DNA of 64,000 nt from Candidatus Bathyarchaeota archaeon (lineage in GTDB: Archaea > Thermoproteota > Bathyarchaeia > Bathyarchaeales > Bathycorpusculaceae). Each line of letters starts with the position of its first letter. Position 1 is the stretch's first letter. Of this stretch, positions 12,326 to 25,880 are shown piece after piece. The notes below the pieces were generated by a model, which was not told the DNA's origin, did no database searches, and worked only from the letters and a program-made list of their open reading frames with translations. Location: positions 32,001 to 96,000 of the forward strand of contig CAWEPZ010000011.1 of NCBI GenBank assembly GCA_963811105.1. The letters run 5' to 3'. The translations under genes and the position numbers were made by a program.

Positions 12326-13409
12326 TCAATCGCGAATCAACATATTTTCGTATTTCAAGCATTGATTATGATAGAATGAATATGCCAGTTTAGAATGTGT
12401 AACACAAAGTGGAAATTGGAGTCTTATTCGTATGAATTTTGCAACTAACATTTCAGGCGAGATTTTCGGGTTGCTCCAATGTTCCAGCCGATTCTTCCAT
12501 ACATGTTTAAAATTTTTCAGTATCCACGTCGAGGCGCGAATGTTTCCTAAAATTTCTGACAGATTTTTCTTTCTCACTGAAAACACTGATTCAACCGCAA
12601 TTGAAAAATAAAGAATGAACAAAGCTTTTAACAAATCTCTTAAATTGAAATATACATCAAACAGCAAACACATTTTGGCTCTAAGAAGAGAGAAAGTCAC
12701 AGATTGGTTATTCCAAAATTTCTTTGTAGTGGCTCCGCCAATATGGCGTATTCTTGAACTTGATACTGATACCACTCGTTTTCCCGCGAGCCACGTTTTC
12801 AGAGACAGCAAAGTATCGTCATAATTGTAAGGTATTTCAGGATCAAATAATCCTATTTCATCAAGAAATTCTTTTCTGGCAATCATTGAGCACCCTGTTG
12901 CAAACGACACTTCAAACGTAGGAATAAACTCAAAATCGCCTTTTTTTCCAGCGCCTATTGGGTACAAGAAAAGGAGATAATCGCTCCAAAGTCCGCCTGC
13001 TCCCCGAAGTTTCTTCCCATCGATTGAAAGTATAGTACTTCCCGCCAATCCAATGGTTTTGTCTTTTTCCATAGTACTCGACCAAAGCAGCAAGCCAATA
13101 TGGATCCGCAATTGTATCATTGTTTAGAAAAACGATATAGTCTCCTCTTGCATGACTAAAACCAAAATTATTGCCACCACTAAACCCTAAGTTTTTGGTG
13201 CTTCTGAAAATTCTTAATCGTTTGTCATTTCCAAAGGTTTTTTCGACTATTTTCAAGCTTGAATCAGTGGATGCGTTGTCTACGAAGATTACCTCAAAAT
13301 TTGGGTATTTTGTGCCTAAAACAGAAGAAAGACATCGCTCCAAATAGTTTTCTCCATTGAAATTCAAAATAATAACTGAAACAAGAGGGGTATTTTTCTG
13401 AACAAGCAA
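12326..13409 (-). CDS. GT2 glycosyltransferase, one frameshift
   Basis: VSVIILNFNG, VDNASTD, NLGFSGGNN, FLNND, then ATGCSM...GLFDP...YDDTLLS. Confidence 0.88.
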
Positions 13410-13618
13410 ATTTTTAGCCTCCGTTAGGTTTAGTCAAGTTAGCAATCTTAAGTTCTGTCAAGATTTCCAGTTAATTTCATGATTTCCAATCTCAGAAATG
13501 AAGATAAAGATCTAATCACAGATATTAATCACAAGATACATGTTATCGAAAAACTGAGTTTCATGACTTCCAATAATCAATAAATAGTCTCGAAATGCGC
13601 TTTTGCATTGAAATTAGT

Positions 13619-14785
13619 TTACAGCACTGATTTGTAAATATCAGCTATAGAGGTGCAACATTTTGAATATCATGTTTTTCCACGGCTTCAATACCATTTG
13701 CTGCAATCATCTTTCGAAGATCTTTGTTTTTTATTAAACTTATCAATCTGAGGCTAATTGATCGGCATCGCCAGGTGGCGTAAGCAAACCATTTTCGCCA
13801 TTAGAAATTATTTCTTTCATAATTCCAAATCTGGAGCAACTAACTGGAGTCCAGCTGCCCAAGCTTCAAGAGTAGTTATATAGCTACCCCTTGTTCCAAT
13901 AGAGATATCACTATCCCACAAAAACTTTCTCACATCTGACTTCATGCCAACCAAAGTAACTGACTCTTCAAGATTCAGATCTTGAACTAAGCGATTTGCA
14001 TATTCATAAAGTGGACCGTATCCTACAATTTTGAAAGTTGCTTCAGGCACTTCTTTATAACTTTGGCAAAGGCTCTAATCGGAGTCATTGGATCCTTGGG
14101 TTTACTTAGTCTAGACACCATCACTATTCTAGTTCCAGAACCATTTCCATTTGAGGTTGGACGTTTGAATAATCTTGTATCAACAAAATTAGGTATTAAT
14201 CGACTTTTTTCACCCAGTCTAATTCTCTGCAATACATTCAGAGTCTCTTTGGAAAACGTAGTAATAACATTGGCTTGCCTAAGCACATTAAGCGTTGCTG
14301 GAGCTCTCATAGGCATTGAAAACGGATCATTAGGATTCACTGAATCACCATGAAGGGTAACCACGAAGGGGCGATGAAAATGTTGGCTCAAAAGAAGCCC
14401 AATAGTTGGATAAAGTGGCTGCCAAAATCCATGAACATGAAAAACATCAACCTTATCGATTCCTCGAATACTTGCAGCTTCTCTGTATAAGTTCACAGTC
14501 AACAAGTTATCCAAGAGTTTGAATCTCCGATTAAACAGCTTGTAAGATGCGTTTCTGAGAAAACTAGGAAAGGTTCCCCTAGACTATGTACTTCCAAGCT
14601 GTTAATTTTCTCAAAATTCTGTGTTCGAAGGCGCGCAAGAAAGGGACATGCGCTTTATCGGTAATCATAAGAAAATGCATATTTTGATCTTGTTGAGACA
14701 GAAAGTCCGACAAACTCAGTATATAACGCTCTACTCCTCCAGACTCAATGGGAAAGAAGTTTTGCCAAATGTGACAGACACGCAC
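13619..14785 (-). CDS. GT4 glycosyltransferase, frameshifted
   Basis: FFPIESGGVERY, HVHG, IPNFVDT, VSRLSKPKD, IVGYGP and TLEAWAAG. Confidence 0.85.
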
Positions 14786-14839
14786 TTTGATATCCCCCTT
14801 TCAAGAACCTCTTTGATAAACCGATGCTCGCGGGAGAAC

Positions 14840-16034
14840 TCACATTATTAATTGCGCTCAAAACTTTTCCCGTTGTTTCTCAGCTAACGAAATAGCTTGT
14901 TTTCGGTTTTCTATTCCCATTTCAATAATCTTTTTTTGCCAAATTCCATTAGTTGCTCTAATTTAGCTGCTAAATCATTACTATCAAGATAAGTGTATTC
15001 ATGAGGAAGCAGATCTCCTCGACAACCAAGAATGTCGGAGAAGACGACAAGGCCAGCCATCGCATAGTCGTACTTTCTCTCGTTGGAGCCTCCTTTATGA
15101 ATCCCAATGTTTATGCCAATCCAAGATTTGCTGAGAATTCTCATATAATCCAATTTACTGGGAATATATTTATAATGTTCCAACTCTGATGTTTCTAGGA
15201 ACTCGTTGCGGTTTCATGCCAATAACGTAGACCTTGATTTTATTGTCCAGTTTTGACAAGGCATTGAAAATTGCGTTAAAACTTATGGCACTTTTTGTTC
15301 CCCAACGGTTTCGGAAGACTATACATATACTAGGGTTTTTGTCTTTAAGCTCGGCTCAAATTCTTTGATTGGGTAAATATTTGGATAAAAAATGACGTTC
15401 TTTGGCACCCATTTCCACGTATCTAAGTCGATCCCTTTCGCTGCAGGCTATAACCAAATCTGCGATTTGAAGAATTTCGCGTTCTAACTTGTACATTAAC
15501 CTCCTTGCTATAAAGTTATCTCCAAAGCCATAATGCTCACTGGCAATATCTTGAGAAACATAGATAATTGTGCCTATTTGTTTGAGCAACTTCAGGTCCA
15601 GGGTTCTTATGCTCATAAATTCATCAATTAAGAAGATTTTTGGCGAGTTCATATTTCTCAAGAAAGGCATTATATTATCTGATCGAGCAGTTGAGGCAAA
15701 ATACTGGTCTAAGGTTTCGGAAAGCACTGAGATGAAGCCTTCGGTAACAAGTGCATCCCCCAATTCCCTTTTAAATAGTCGTCTTAAAACTCTATCATGC
15801 AAGTCTTTAGGGCTTTTCAACATCATAAGCAAATAGTTAAATAAAACTCCGGAAATGGAAGTCGCCAATTCCACTTTGTCATGACTCCATTTTTCAGTAA
15901 ACCTTTTTCTCTCGTTTCTTATAATGTAAAAAATATTGATTTTTGAATTGGCTCTAAAAATCTGAGACAACAAACCTTGCCTTTGGCGAAATCTCCTTCC
16001 ATCTATCTCGAATAATAACCAAAGTATGGGACAT
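14840..16034 (-). CDS. GT4-like (GT-B) glycosyltransferase, frameshifted; 3' end approximate
   Basis: ADLVIACSERD and GSNERKYDYAMAGLVV. ATG at 16034. Confidence 0.6.
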
Positions 16035-16169
16035 ACGCAAAACCTTTTATCTAGTTTTAATCAGAGCCAATTGGCTCTTATCAGGTGTAAAAGAGAAATG
16101 TTGATTTTGAGAAATTCTGGATTTCGCGGTGTTCAAAATAGCTTCCAATTTGATCAATGAGTAAGGAGT

Positions 16170-16410
16170 TGACGTTTACATCTAAGCCTTAGATCAATTG
16201 AAAACGCGGTAACATTTTCTGGGAGCCACAAGATTCTTTTTGTTACGATAGCATGAGTGGCTTATTCTTGACTGAGGACTAGGCAAGTTGGTTTATTGTA
16301 GACTGTAGACCAATTATCTAAAGATGATTAGCTCAAAATCTCGGTACGTCTGAGCGAGAATAGCGTCTAATATCTCTTGGAGGCATTTATCACCATTTTA
16401 TACAGGGTTT
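16170..16410 (-). pseudogene. Decayed GT2 N-terminal fragment
   Basis: PV*NGDKCLQEILDAILAQTYRDFELII...DNWST and CYRNKKNLVAPRKCYRVFN*SKA*, with in-frame stops and no C-terminal half. Confidence 0.7.
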
Positions 16411-16498
16411 ACTTCTGCATCTGCACCGCCTGTGGCTAGTTAACTTGTGATGCTTCTTGGTGTAGATTTTATTCGAACGAGTTTTCAGTTGTCTATCA

Positions 16499-17407
16499 CT
16501 AAATCAAGAAAACTCTTTCTCTTATGCACATGTCCCAGAAGTTGAGACGTTCATATAAAGATCTAACGTAGATAAATGGTAACAGTGCGAAGTCTTCCTT
16601 CGTTTTGTACACATTGCGGAATAAATTTGCAAAGGTTATTGGGGGAAAAATTATTTTACACAGATCTAATGGATAAAAGATCCTCCACATGAAGAGAGGT
16701 TTATCTTTGAATTTCTTGTAAAGTAGGACTCGGTCTCTAATCCTTTTGGACTGTTGAACAAATTGTGCTGGCTTAAGAGTTATTTTCTGATGATACACGA
16801 TCATTTCGGGGTCGAAACATATTCGACCAAACTTCTGTGCTCGCATAGCAAGATCTCTGTCGTCAAAATAAACGAACCTCTCATCAAATCCTTTAATTTT
16901 TTCAAGAATGTTTTTCTTGTAGGCAATGTTGCAAGTCATGAATTCTCCTCCTTTCTTATTCTCCGTAACTCCATCAGAACGGGTTGGCTTGTATTCCTCG
17001 GAAACGTAGTAAGTCTTACCCTCTACGCCGACGCAGTTTCCTACTTCAAATCTTCTTAAACCAATTTCGATCCAGTTTCTAGAAAGCATGCAATCGCCAT
17101 CTGTGAAGAAAACATACTTTCCTGTTGCCTGATCTAAGCCTCTATTCCTGCTCTTGGCAATTCCAAGCCATTTTTCGTTTCTACAATATTTTATACGTTT
17201 ATCATCGAATCTTTTAATTTTTTGTCTAGTTTCATCATTGCTTAAGTCATCAATAACTAAAAGCTCGAAATCATTGAATGTCTGATTCAAAATAGATCCT
17301 ATACAATCGTCAATATACTTCTCTACGTTTCTAACACACATTACTATGCTAACAGCTGTTTTCAGTTCTCTCAAGTGTAAACTTCCCCACAGTTGCAAAT
17401 TGCGCAA
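16499..17407 (-). CDS. GT2 glycosyltransferase
   Basis: VSIVMCVRN, IDDLSND, SRNRGL, FFTDGD and GFDERF. Intact ORF. Confidence 0.9.
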   Translation of the reverse strand: MRNLQLWGSLHLRELKTAVSIVMCVRNVEKYIDDCIGSILNQTFNDFELLVIDDLSNDETRQKIKRFDDKRIKYCRNEKWLGIAKSRNRGLDQATGKYVFFTDGDCMLSRNWIEIGLRRFEVGNCVGVEGKTYYVSEEYKPTRSDGVTENKKGGEFMTCNIAYKKNILEKIKGFDERFVYFDDRDLAMRAQKFGRICFDPEMIVYHQKITLKPAQFVQQSKRIRDRVLLYKKFKDKPLFMWRIFYPLDLCKIIFPPITFANLFRNVYKTKEDFALLPFIYVRSLYERLNFWDMCIRERVFLI

Positions 17408-18093
17408 ATTACATTAATAAACTCACTTGACACATAAATCAAGTAAGTTAGTCGGCCAACCTGTATTTTGTTTTATTCGAAGGAGATTCCCTTTTGAGAA
17501 CCCTTCAAGTTTTTCAAAGTAATTTTACGAAAAATAGCGCTCTATTAACAATCCCATGGTCTCAAGCGACCTAACAATGTTACATCAGATAGTAATAATA
17601 CCAACAGAGAAATTTCTATCATTACAAAAAGACCATTATGTACAAATCTTTAGTCAATAAAACTTGATAATTACGTTTAGCTGTTGATTAAACGATTTTG
17701 AGAACCATCTTTTAGTCTATAGCGTATCTGAATTTCTAACCAGGTCTGCATTTGCCTGCACCGGGAGCGGAGACTGCGAATAGCGGCTATATCTGAGTGT
17801 TTGTATTCCATGGTGCCAAAATAGTTAGTAAAGCGCTAATCATTCAGTTAGAGGAGGTTAACAGGTCAAATTTGCTCAAAATCAGAAAAATATCTTATCT
17901 AGGGAGATTTTAGGCAATGCGCACCGTTCTCTTCCCATTCCTAAAGGTAATTAAGATACTAACATTTTTCCGATTTCTTTAAGCTTCCAAAAAACGTATT
18001 CTCTACGTGAAAATGCCAATCATTTGAGTCTGCCAGCAATTTGATTAAAACGGAAGGCTTCTTTCTTGGGGAATCTTAAATTGTAAATTAGAG

Positions 18094-19158
18094 TTATTCT
18101 CGTAGGCATTTGTATAATGAAATATATTTGTCGGCAATGTTTTCCCAGCTATACATTGTCGCTTTTTGAAATCCATTACGTGATAATTCTTTTCTTAGGT
18201 GAGGATCTTGATATAGAGCAATAACTTCCTTTGATAATGCGTCAGCATCTTCAGATTTGAAAAGCCGACCATCAATCCCATCAGAAATGATTTCTTGAAA
18301 AGCTTGGAATATTGGAGGCTATTACGGGAATTCCTGAAGCCATGGCTTCAAGGATAACTATGCCAAAACCTTCATGCCTGGAAGGAAAAACGCAAATATC
18401 TGCAGACTTGTAATAACTGGGAAGCATCGAGTGCTCAGCCCAACCATGGAAAACCACATGTTTTTCAATCCCTTCTTTCTTTGCCAGAAGAGCAAAATGA
18501 CTAACATCGCCTCTCCCTACAAGATGTAATTTGATGTTTGGAAGTTCAATCCTAAGTTTGGCTATTGCTTGAATTAAGATATCAACGCCTTTTAATCTCG
18601 CGAAGTGGCCAACATACAAGATGGAAGGATCACCTTCCAAAAGTATTCTGTCATTATTGCCGGTGAACATTTTCAGGTCTACTCCATTAGGGATAACTGC
18701 AACTTTGTCACGATTTAATCTGTACCAAACGACGACATTATTACGCATAAATTCTGAGTTTACGACTATTCGATCTGCCAAGTTGCAGTAGCTTAAATGT
18801 ACTCATCCAATCAATAAAGAAACAGGTTCATGCCATTGTTCTGCTATCCGTTCCAGTTAAGGAATACCATGAATATTAAGAACTGTGCGAGTTTGCCTTA
18901 ACTTCGCAAATCTCAGCAACATAGAACTCCCATTGATACCAAGCAGGATTTGCATTGAAATGAATAATATCAAATTCCTTTTTAACAAATTGACTGAACA
19001 CATTGAAGTAAATTATGGAAAATCCTTATTTGAACTTTATTCCACGTAAGTAAGTTAACACCCACCTTTTTCTTCAAAGCCTTGGGTAGGTAATAAGCGA
19101 CTTTGCCTACGCCTCCTCCTCGGATTATATCCGGTTCACCATAATATAAGATGTTCAA
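18094..19158 (-). CDS. GT4 glycosyltransferase, frameshifted
   Basis: IPNGVD, YVGH...KGVD and PSRHEGFGIVILEAMASG. N-terminus (GGGVGKVAY) reconstructed from TTG at 19158. Confidence 0.88.
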
Positions 19159-19255
19159 ATGTAATCAACCAAACAGTGAATAATCTTGTATTCAGATTCA
19201 ACGATGAAGTTTGTATGCAAATCAGAGATTAATCAGATTTGCGTTATCCATAAGT

Positions 19256-20830
19256 TTACCTGCTTTTTGTTGCTATATAAGAGAACCTGAATTATAAACT
19301 ACATCAAATTTGTCCAGTATCTGTTGGGATGTTGTTTCAACAGAAATATTGCTTATATTGAGAGTCTTGCTAAACCGATCGAAAATAATATGGAATCATA
19401 CATCGTAATATTTGATAGTCTAAAACGCGGTGCAGATTCGTGTCGATTTCGGTATTTCCTTGGATTTGCGGAGACAATATACCATTTGTAGCCAAGATCG
19501 GCGATTACTATGCTTTTTGAATTCCAATCGTATTTCTCGATCATGAAGTTTGCTGTCGCAAGGTCCTCTTTTGTTTGAAACGTTATTGGAAAACTATCAA
19601 ACGAATAGTGAATTGGAACGAAAACAACAAAAATCAACAGAACCACAACCAAGTATTTCAGGTATTTTCTAAACTTGCTTTCAAACAGATAAGCAATTCC
19701 TAATGAGATAGGAACAAAGAATAGCGGTATTGCACGTGAACCTAGAATGAAAAGTGCAACCCCCAAACCTGAATAAATAGCTCCAGTTAAGAAAATAGCT
19801 TTGTCTATTTCTCTAAGTTTTCTTCTAATTACTAGGAAAACGAAACCTGCAATACATAAGATACCAAATGCGATTGTTACCGCTCTAGAAAACAATGAGG
19901 AATAGCATCAGTTGGGACAGAAGTGGTCGTAAGTGTAAGCTCCAACAAACTAGAATATTCGCTTGGAAGCAATAAAACACTAATAATACTATTCCTAAAA
20001 GAAAATACAGCAAAAGTAATTTGCACTAACAAATAGATGACCAATGTCAATATGAAGAATTCAAAATATTGTTTACTTCTGCCAATAATGCTCCGAATTA
20101 GCAAATAGATTACAAAAAAAAGGGGAACAAACGCATGAGTAAATACTATACTTGTAAACAAGATGAGCATAATACAGGATAGTACCAGCACTCTTTTCTT
20201 GTGTCTCCAACATGAACAAGATGAAGAGAAGCGCAAATGCGAGTGAGAAGGGAACAGCTTGATAATTCAAGAAATAAAACATTACAACAAAGAAGGCTGC
20301 CACTGCAAGAAAACCGCTGCGATTATACATCTTTGAAGCATAAACATACAAACCTGTGATATTAGAAATCCTATGATCGTGAAAAGCAGAAATTCATAGA
20401 TTGTCAACGTTGAGTCCGCTCACTGACGTTGTAATGCTTGCCAAAAGAAAAAAAGAGGGCCACTGGTAATAGCTGTGGATAAATTGTGAAGTGTTCAAAT
20501 TATTTGTTCTAATGAAATTTTCTGTCAGCGACCTCTAAAACAAGTTGAATCGCTAGTTGGCATAGTGTAGTAGAAATAAAATAATGAATACAGGACTATG
20601 ACAAAGCCTATAGCCATTATCCATTTCAAATACTTGTTTTTGAAGCTAATAGCCATCAGAAACATTGATGTTAACAATAAAGGAATACTAAACCAGTACA
20701 AAATTGAAACATGGTTAAAAATTGAGTCGCTCACAGAGTTAAGTGATAAAGGGAAGCTCAGTACCATGAATAGAGCCATTAATGATAGACCAATAAGAAA
20801 AGGAAGAATTAGTAGTTTGTTCTTTTCCAT
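19256..20830 (-). CDS. Polytopic membrane protein of the glycosylation locus (possible GT-C/polymerase-like), frameshifted
   Basis: Consecutive hydrophobic ORFs 20525..20941, 20073..20351, 19877..20236 and 19353..19895. C-terminal soluble part ends ...FDVVYNSG. Confidence 0.6.
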
Positions 20831-21338
20831 CTCTTTCACGGCATCAATTTTGCGATTTATAATATTTGTATTTAAGTTCCATCTTGGGACAAATTTCTCA
20901 GCTAAGCACAACTTACAGTTCACTGTTCTCGAAGACTTCAACTGCTTCTTTTTGATTTTGTTTCAATATTTCCCGTCTGGAAATAGCCTTTGAGTTTCTG
21001 CAGCAGTCAAAAGAAGGAAGCCATCAGTATTCAAGACTTCTGTTTGTTTGTTACTAACAATTTGTATAATGCTTTAGCGTCGTAGCCATCAATACACAGC
21101 CATAAGCTTGTGTTCTTAGTAACAATTGAACAAATAGAAGTAAGCTTCGAAAACACAAAAGTAATTCGGATTTGAATCATGAGTCTTATAAAGGGTTATA
21201 TCCAAAGGGGATCTATGACATTTTGGTTAATTCAAACTCTACAGACTAAGGATCTTTTCCCACAATCACAAGAGTTCTATTACTATAACGCGTACATTCA
21301 TACAACGACAGGTGGAACAGGAAAATGCTAGTTTTTAC

Positions 21339-22550
21339 TCATCTTGGCTTATTATGAAGATATATGGCGTACAACTCAATGTATTTGGTGGTTACTTTGT
21401 CCATGTTGTAGACATTTCGAGCAAACATTCGAATACTGGCACTTAATTGATCCAAGGAATTAGTATTCTTCAGCGTTATTAGTTTATCTGTTAGGCTTTT
21501 GAACCCGTCTGCAAGTATGCCGTATTTTCCATCTTCAGTAAGTTCGGAGGAGAACGGGAGTTTTAGCATTAGAGGAATTTTGCCCAGACACATACTCTCA
21601 AGAAGTGTCATTGGACAAGCTTCGTACATGCTTGGAATTGCAACAAATTTACACAATCGAAAGCTCTTCATCAATTCTGGTTTTGTGGTAAAACCCTTAA
21701 ACTCTATATTTCTCAATCTAAGTGAACTTATGTATTCCTGCATCTTATGAAAAAGGGGACCGTCTCCGTGGACAATTATTTTGAATTTTGTGTTGTTCTT
21801 TTGAAGGAAGTATGCCATTTTTATTAAATTCAAGGCACCTTTTCGCCAGAAAAGACGGCCCGCGAAGAGTATTGTATTACTTGACTCCTCTAAACCTGGT
21901 TCACTTTCATACTCCTTTTTAAGGGTTTCAAGATCAACACCATTATGTATGCAAAGGATCTTTTTGTCATAGGCTTCTCCCATCTCGTTTAAGAGATCTG
22001 ATTTTAACGACTTGGAAACAGCTACGGCAGTAGTTGAATGATCAAGCTCTTTTCTGAAAGTAAATGACCATGCAGGATAGCCCAGTAAATACGTTAAGAA
22101 GTCGCTTCTGCTCCCACCTCTAAGCAAAGAATAAGCAACAAGGTTCTTCTCGACTTCCGGACTTGTGTGAAAAGTTACTGCTAACGGTGCTAAGTCTTTG
22201 AGGACATAAGATAAAGGATATGTTGAACCGCTTTGACCATGAATTACATCAGGATTTATCTCTTCAATGGTTTTTCGAAGCCTTTTCAAATTGGCTAGTT
22301 GAAACATGGTATGTCTGGGAGGCAGATCTGGATACGGAAATCTTATAACGGTCACCCCATCTTCGTCTTTCCTAAAAGAATGTTTTTCCTTTGTGCCATT
22401 TGAACGCAAAATATTTGTTGTAGGATAACCGGTAATTACAGTTACCTTTACGCCAGTTTTGGAAAGTCCCTGAGCAAGACCTTTCATGAAGGTACCTATT
22501 CCTCCAATAATAAATGGGGGATACTCATTAGACAACAAAAGGATATGCAT
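21339..22550 (-). CDS. GT4 glycosyltransferase
   Basis: EYPPFIIGGIG, IHNGVD, FAGRLFWRKG and PSMYEACPMTLLESM. Intact 403 aa. Confidence 0.93.
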   Translation of the reverse strand: MHILLLSNEYPPFIIGGIGTFMKGLAQGLSKTGVKVTVITGYPTTNILRSNGTKEKHSFRKDEDGVTVIRFPYPDLPPRHTMFQLANLKRLRKTIEEINPDVIHGQSGSTYPLSYVLKDLAPLAVTFHTSPEVEKNLVAYSLLRGGSRSDFLTYLLGYPAWSFTFRKELDHSTTAVAVSKSLKSDLLNEMGEAYDKKILCIHNGVDLETLKKEYESEPGLEESSNTILFAGRLFWRKGALNLIKMAYFLQKNNTKFKIIVHGDGPLFHKMQEYISSLRLRNIEFKGFTTKPELMKSFRLCKFVAIPSMYEACPMTLLESMCLGKIPLMLKLPFSSELTEDGKYGILADGFKSLTDKLITLKNTNSLDQLSASIRMFARNVYNMDKVTTKYIELYAIYLHNKPR

Positions 22551-22559
22551 GTTAGGTAA

Positions 22560-24044
22560 TTACCTTGTTTCGATTCATTCTGTATCTGCAAAGAACCAAA
22601 TTCATAATATTTGGAAAATTGCGACTATTAGTACGAAGATAATAAGACACTTTTCTAACCTGCGTAACGCACCAAGTCATTTTTTGCGGAGAATTCATTT
22701 GATTTTTTTAAGCTTATTTCTGTGAAACAAAGACGATTAAAATTACGAAGTACTCTGGTGCATCAAAATTCTGTGGATTTCCATCGATCTCTTTGACTGG
22801 CCTGCTTCTGGCATTTCTCTTATGACGGTCTCACGGAAGACAACTGTTCAAACTTCTGTTTGTCAATACCATGCAATACTCTGAACACTGACAAAGAACA
22901 AAACTAATTGAACTTTAGCAAAAGCTTGAACCATCCGTGAAAAAACCAGTCCTAGAAGCCCACAATAATTGCCCCGATCAAAAGATAATTAAGTGGAGCA
23001 AACGCAGTCAAGAGGAAGATGCCAATTATAGAAATAAAGAAGAAAAATGGCAAAACAATAAGCATCAGGAAATGGGCGGGCATTATGACTAATCCGAACT
23101 TGCCATACTTCCGACTTAATATCATATTCTTTGTAGGAAAGCATATTTTCGATTAACGTTGCACCTCTCCTGATCTGTTGTTTAAATGAATCACGCATTG
23201 TCTCGGGTGCAGGTTCGAAATACACGGCACGCGGTTCATAAACAGTTCTGTAACCTTCCTCTGCAGCTTGAAATGAAAAACAAGCAGTCTATGCAACCTT
23301 TTTTCAAGATTCCTTCTTTTTCACTATATGCTGGCATATACTCCTTCTTGTGGCAGCAATTTCGCCTTTAATGTCAAATGGAGAATCGATTTTACCTTCC
23401 GCCTCTCGGACGAAATCATAAAAACTACGGTAGGATGCTTCAATTTTGGGTCGATGACCCTGCATCGACATTATTTATTTTCATGGTTCCATTAACGGCG
23501 CCGACCTTAGGATTTGCGAAATGGTCAACAATCAATCTAACAGCGTTCGGTGCATATTCGGTCTCTGCTCCCGTAATGAGTATTATTTCACCGGTTGTTT
23601 GAAGAAACCCTTCAACGACGGCCGAGTTAAACCTTTTCTACTTCCCTGCTTGACAATTTTTTGAGAATAGGAAACAGTTTTAGACAAAGCCTCTATTTGT
23701 TCAACTGTCCCGTCTTTTGAACCCCCATCCACAAAAACAACTTCAAGCTTCTTGGAAGGATAAATTATTTCTTGTAGATTTTCAATTTTTTGCTGAATGA
23801 TTTTTGACTCATTATAAACTGGCACAATAATAGAAACGGTCGGTAGATTCTGCTTCTTGAAAGTGAGCAATTATCAATATTAGTTTTCTTCTCTAACGTA
23901 AACCAAACAGAGTAGGTAGTAAGAAACGTAGAAACCAAGGAAAATGAGCAATACTAGCGAAAGTTACAATTTCAAGGATTATCATACTCAAAACTATCAC
24001 CTGTATAATAACAAATGTTGAAAACACTTTCGGCAATCTGATCA
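22560..24044 (-). CDS. Membrane GT2 (cellulose synthase/IcaA-like), multiply frameshifted; ends approximate
   Basis: N-terminal TM segment, VSIIVPVYNE, VDGGSKDG, QQIRR (QxxRW-like) and C-terminal TM segments. Confidence 0.7.
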
Positions 24045-24172
24045 TTTGTCGAATAATCCACGCATTCTCCATAATCAGCATTCAGAATAACATATATAGT
24101 TAATTTAAAAGAAAATGAAATAATGTTAATTTTATTGCTTCACTTTAATATGGACAATATCAAAGTCACTTT

Positions 24173-25268
24173 TTATCGTTCAGTAAGAAGCTTCTCTATG
24201 TTTTGTTTAACTTCTTGTTCATTCTTCTCAGAGAAATACCAGTCGGTAGTCTTTTTGAATCCTTCTTCATAAGATACTTGTGGGTTGCCAACCGAGTATT
24301 TTTCTAGTTCGTGTTAGATCTGCTGCTCTTGATGCGACACCTTGTGGTTTTGAGGTATCATGTATTATTTTGGTTGGGTGCCAGTTAATTAATCTTAAAG
24401 ACCAAGTCTGGCTGCTTGCGTTAAGCGTAATTCTGTCATCTCTGCCCGCGTTAATTGGAGAACCATCATCTATTTTTCTCTGAGGCCAACACCAAGGCGT
24501 CAACAATATCTTGGACATAAGTGAAAGTTTCTGTCTTGTTCCCCAGTTCCCCATATCAGATAAGGATCCATTCTATGAAAGCTTTAGCGATTAAAGCAAT
24601 AATCGCATGGGTTTCATTTTCCCGTGGACCATATGCAGTAAATATTCTAACTGCTGACGTTTTGATTCCATATTCCTCATGGTATGCCTTTAACGCCATT
24701 TCACCCATGAGCTTTGGCCCAACCATATTCTATATCTGCAAAAGCTTTGTCTCTAACGAATGGATTAGCTTCATCTTCTTTTAAAAGATGGGAGGAACCT
24801 GCTTCTTCTTGAAGGAATGTAGGATAAACACAAGCTGAACTTGCAAAGCACACCTTTTGTACGCCTGCTTTATTTGCTTCCTCAAATACGAGTTGGTCTA
24901 ATATCATGTTGCTGCAGCATTCTGCAGGATGAGTGTCGATATATCCTCTTCCACCATGCAATGCAGCCAGATGAAAAACCATTCAACGTCTTGCATCATT
25001 GATTTAACAAAAGTCTTGTCTTTAAGGTCCCCTTGAAAAACAGACAAGTTGCCAGAATGCCAAGTCTTTGATCCGGCTTTTTAAATGGATAACATAAATT
25101 AGTTAGTTTTCCACTCGAAAAGTCATCTGCAACCTTAACAGCAGCCCCTTTTTTTAAGAAGAGAATCAACTAGATGGCTCCCAATAAAAGAAGCGCCGCC
25201 AGTTACTAAGACACTCTGTTTCACCATAACTCGCCAACCTTACGATCTTTTAAGCTCTGTGATTTCAT
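24173..25268 (-). CDS. NAD-dependent NDP-sugar epimerase/dehydratase (GDP-mannose 3,5-epimerase-like), frameshifted
   Basis: VTGGASFIGSHLVD, VFHLAALHGGRGYI, FASSACVYP, YGWAK (YxxxK) and KPQGVASRAAD. Confidence 0.85.
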
Positions 25269-25558
25269 GAGATATCGTATATTTAAATAATACTGCAATT
25301 TTACAAATATTCTGCTCTCGCAATAGCACGAATCCAAGTATCTTCGGCACTTAGCCAAGCATCTTTCAGCGCACACATTGGAACATTATTGCAGATTTGA
25401 GAAATATCATTCAATATAGCCTATTTCTTTTTTAACACTTGCCAGCATTTTTCTTTTTCGTTCTTGAGTAATTCCTCTTCTTCAGAGTCCAGCCTTTTTT
25501 TGGGTAATGTGGACTTGAGCAAAGATCGTGAAGAGTGAAAATTCACGAGTTACTAGGT

Positions 25559-25880
25559 CTAGATATTTATCACTTTGGCTGGATTTCCAGCGACAACGGA
25601 ATTACTAGATATATCTTTAGTAACTACGCTTCCAGCACCAATAATCACATTGTCTCCAACATGTACATTTGGCAGAATTATATTTTCTCCTCTGCCCCAA
25701 CAAAACAATTATTTCCAATCGTTACTACTCCAATTTTTGTGTAGTCTATATGATTTTTAGTACTGGCATCATGTGCAAGGATTATTACATTGAAGGTTAG
25801 ATAACAATTGTCTCCAATAGAGATACCGAGGAAAAGCTAGATATCTCAAACTGAAGGTCCGATGTAGCAGTTGATACCTA
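25559..25880 (-). pseudogene. Hexapeptide-repeat (left-handed beta-helix) sugar acetyltransferase remnant; not in the ORF track
   Basis: IGDNCYLTFNVIILAHDASTK...IGNNCFVGA / IILPNVHVGDNVIIGAGSVVTKDISSNSVVAGNPAKVI*. In-frame stops in the 5' part. Confidence 0.75.

Noticed and set aside
25535-25760. Plus-strand ORFs at 25.5-25.8 kb
   Set aside because: They are the antisense of the minus-strand hexapeptide acetyltransferase remnant.
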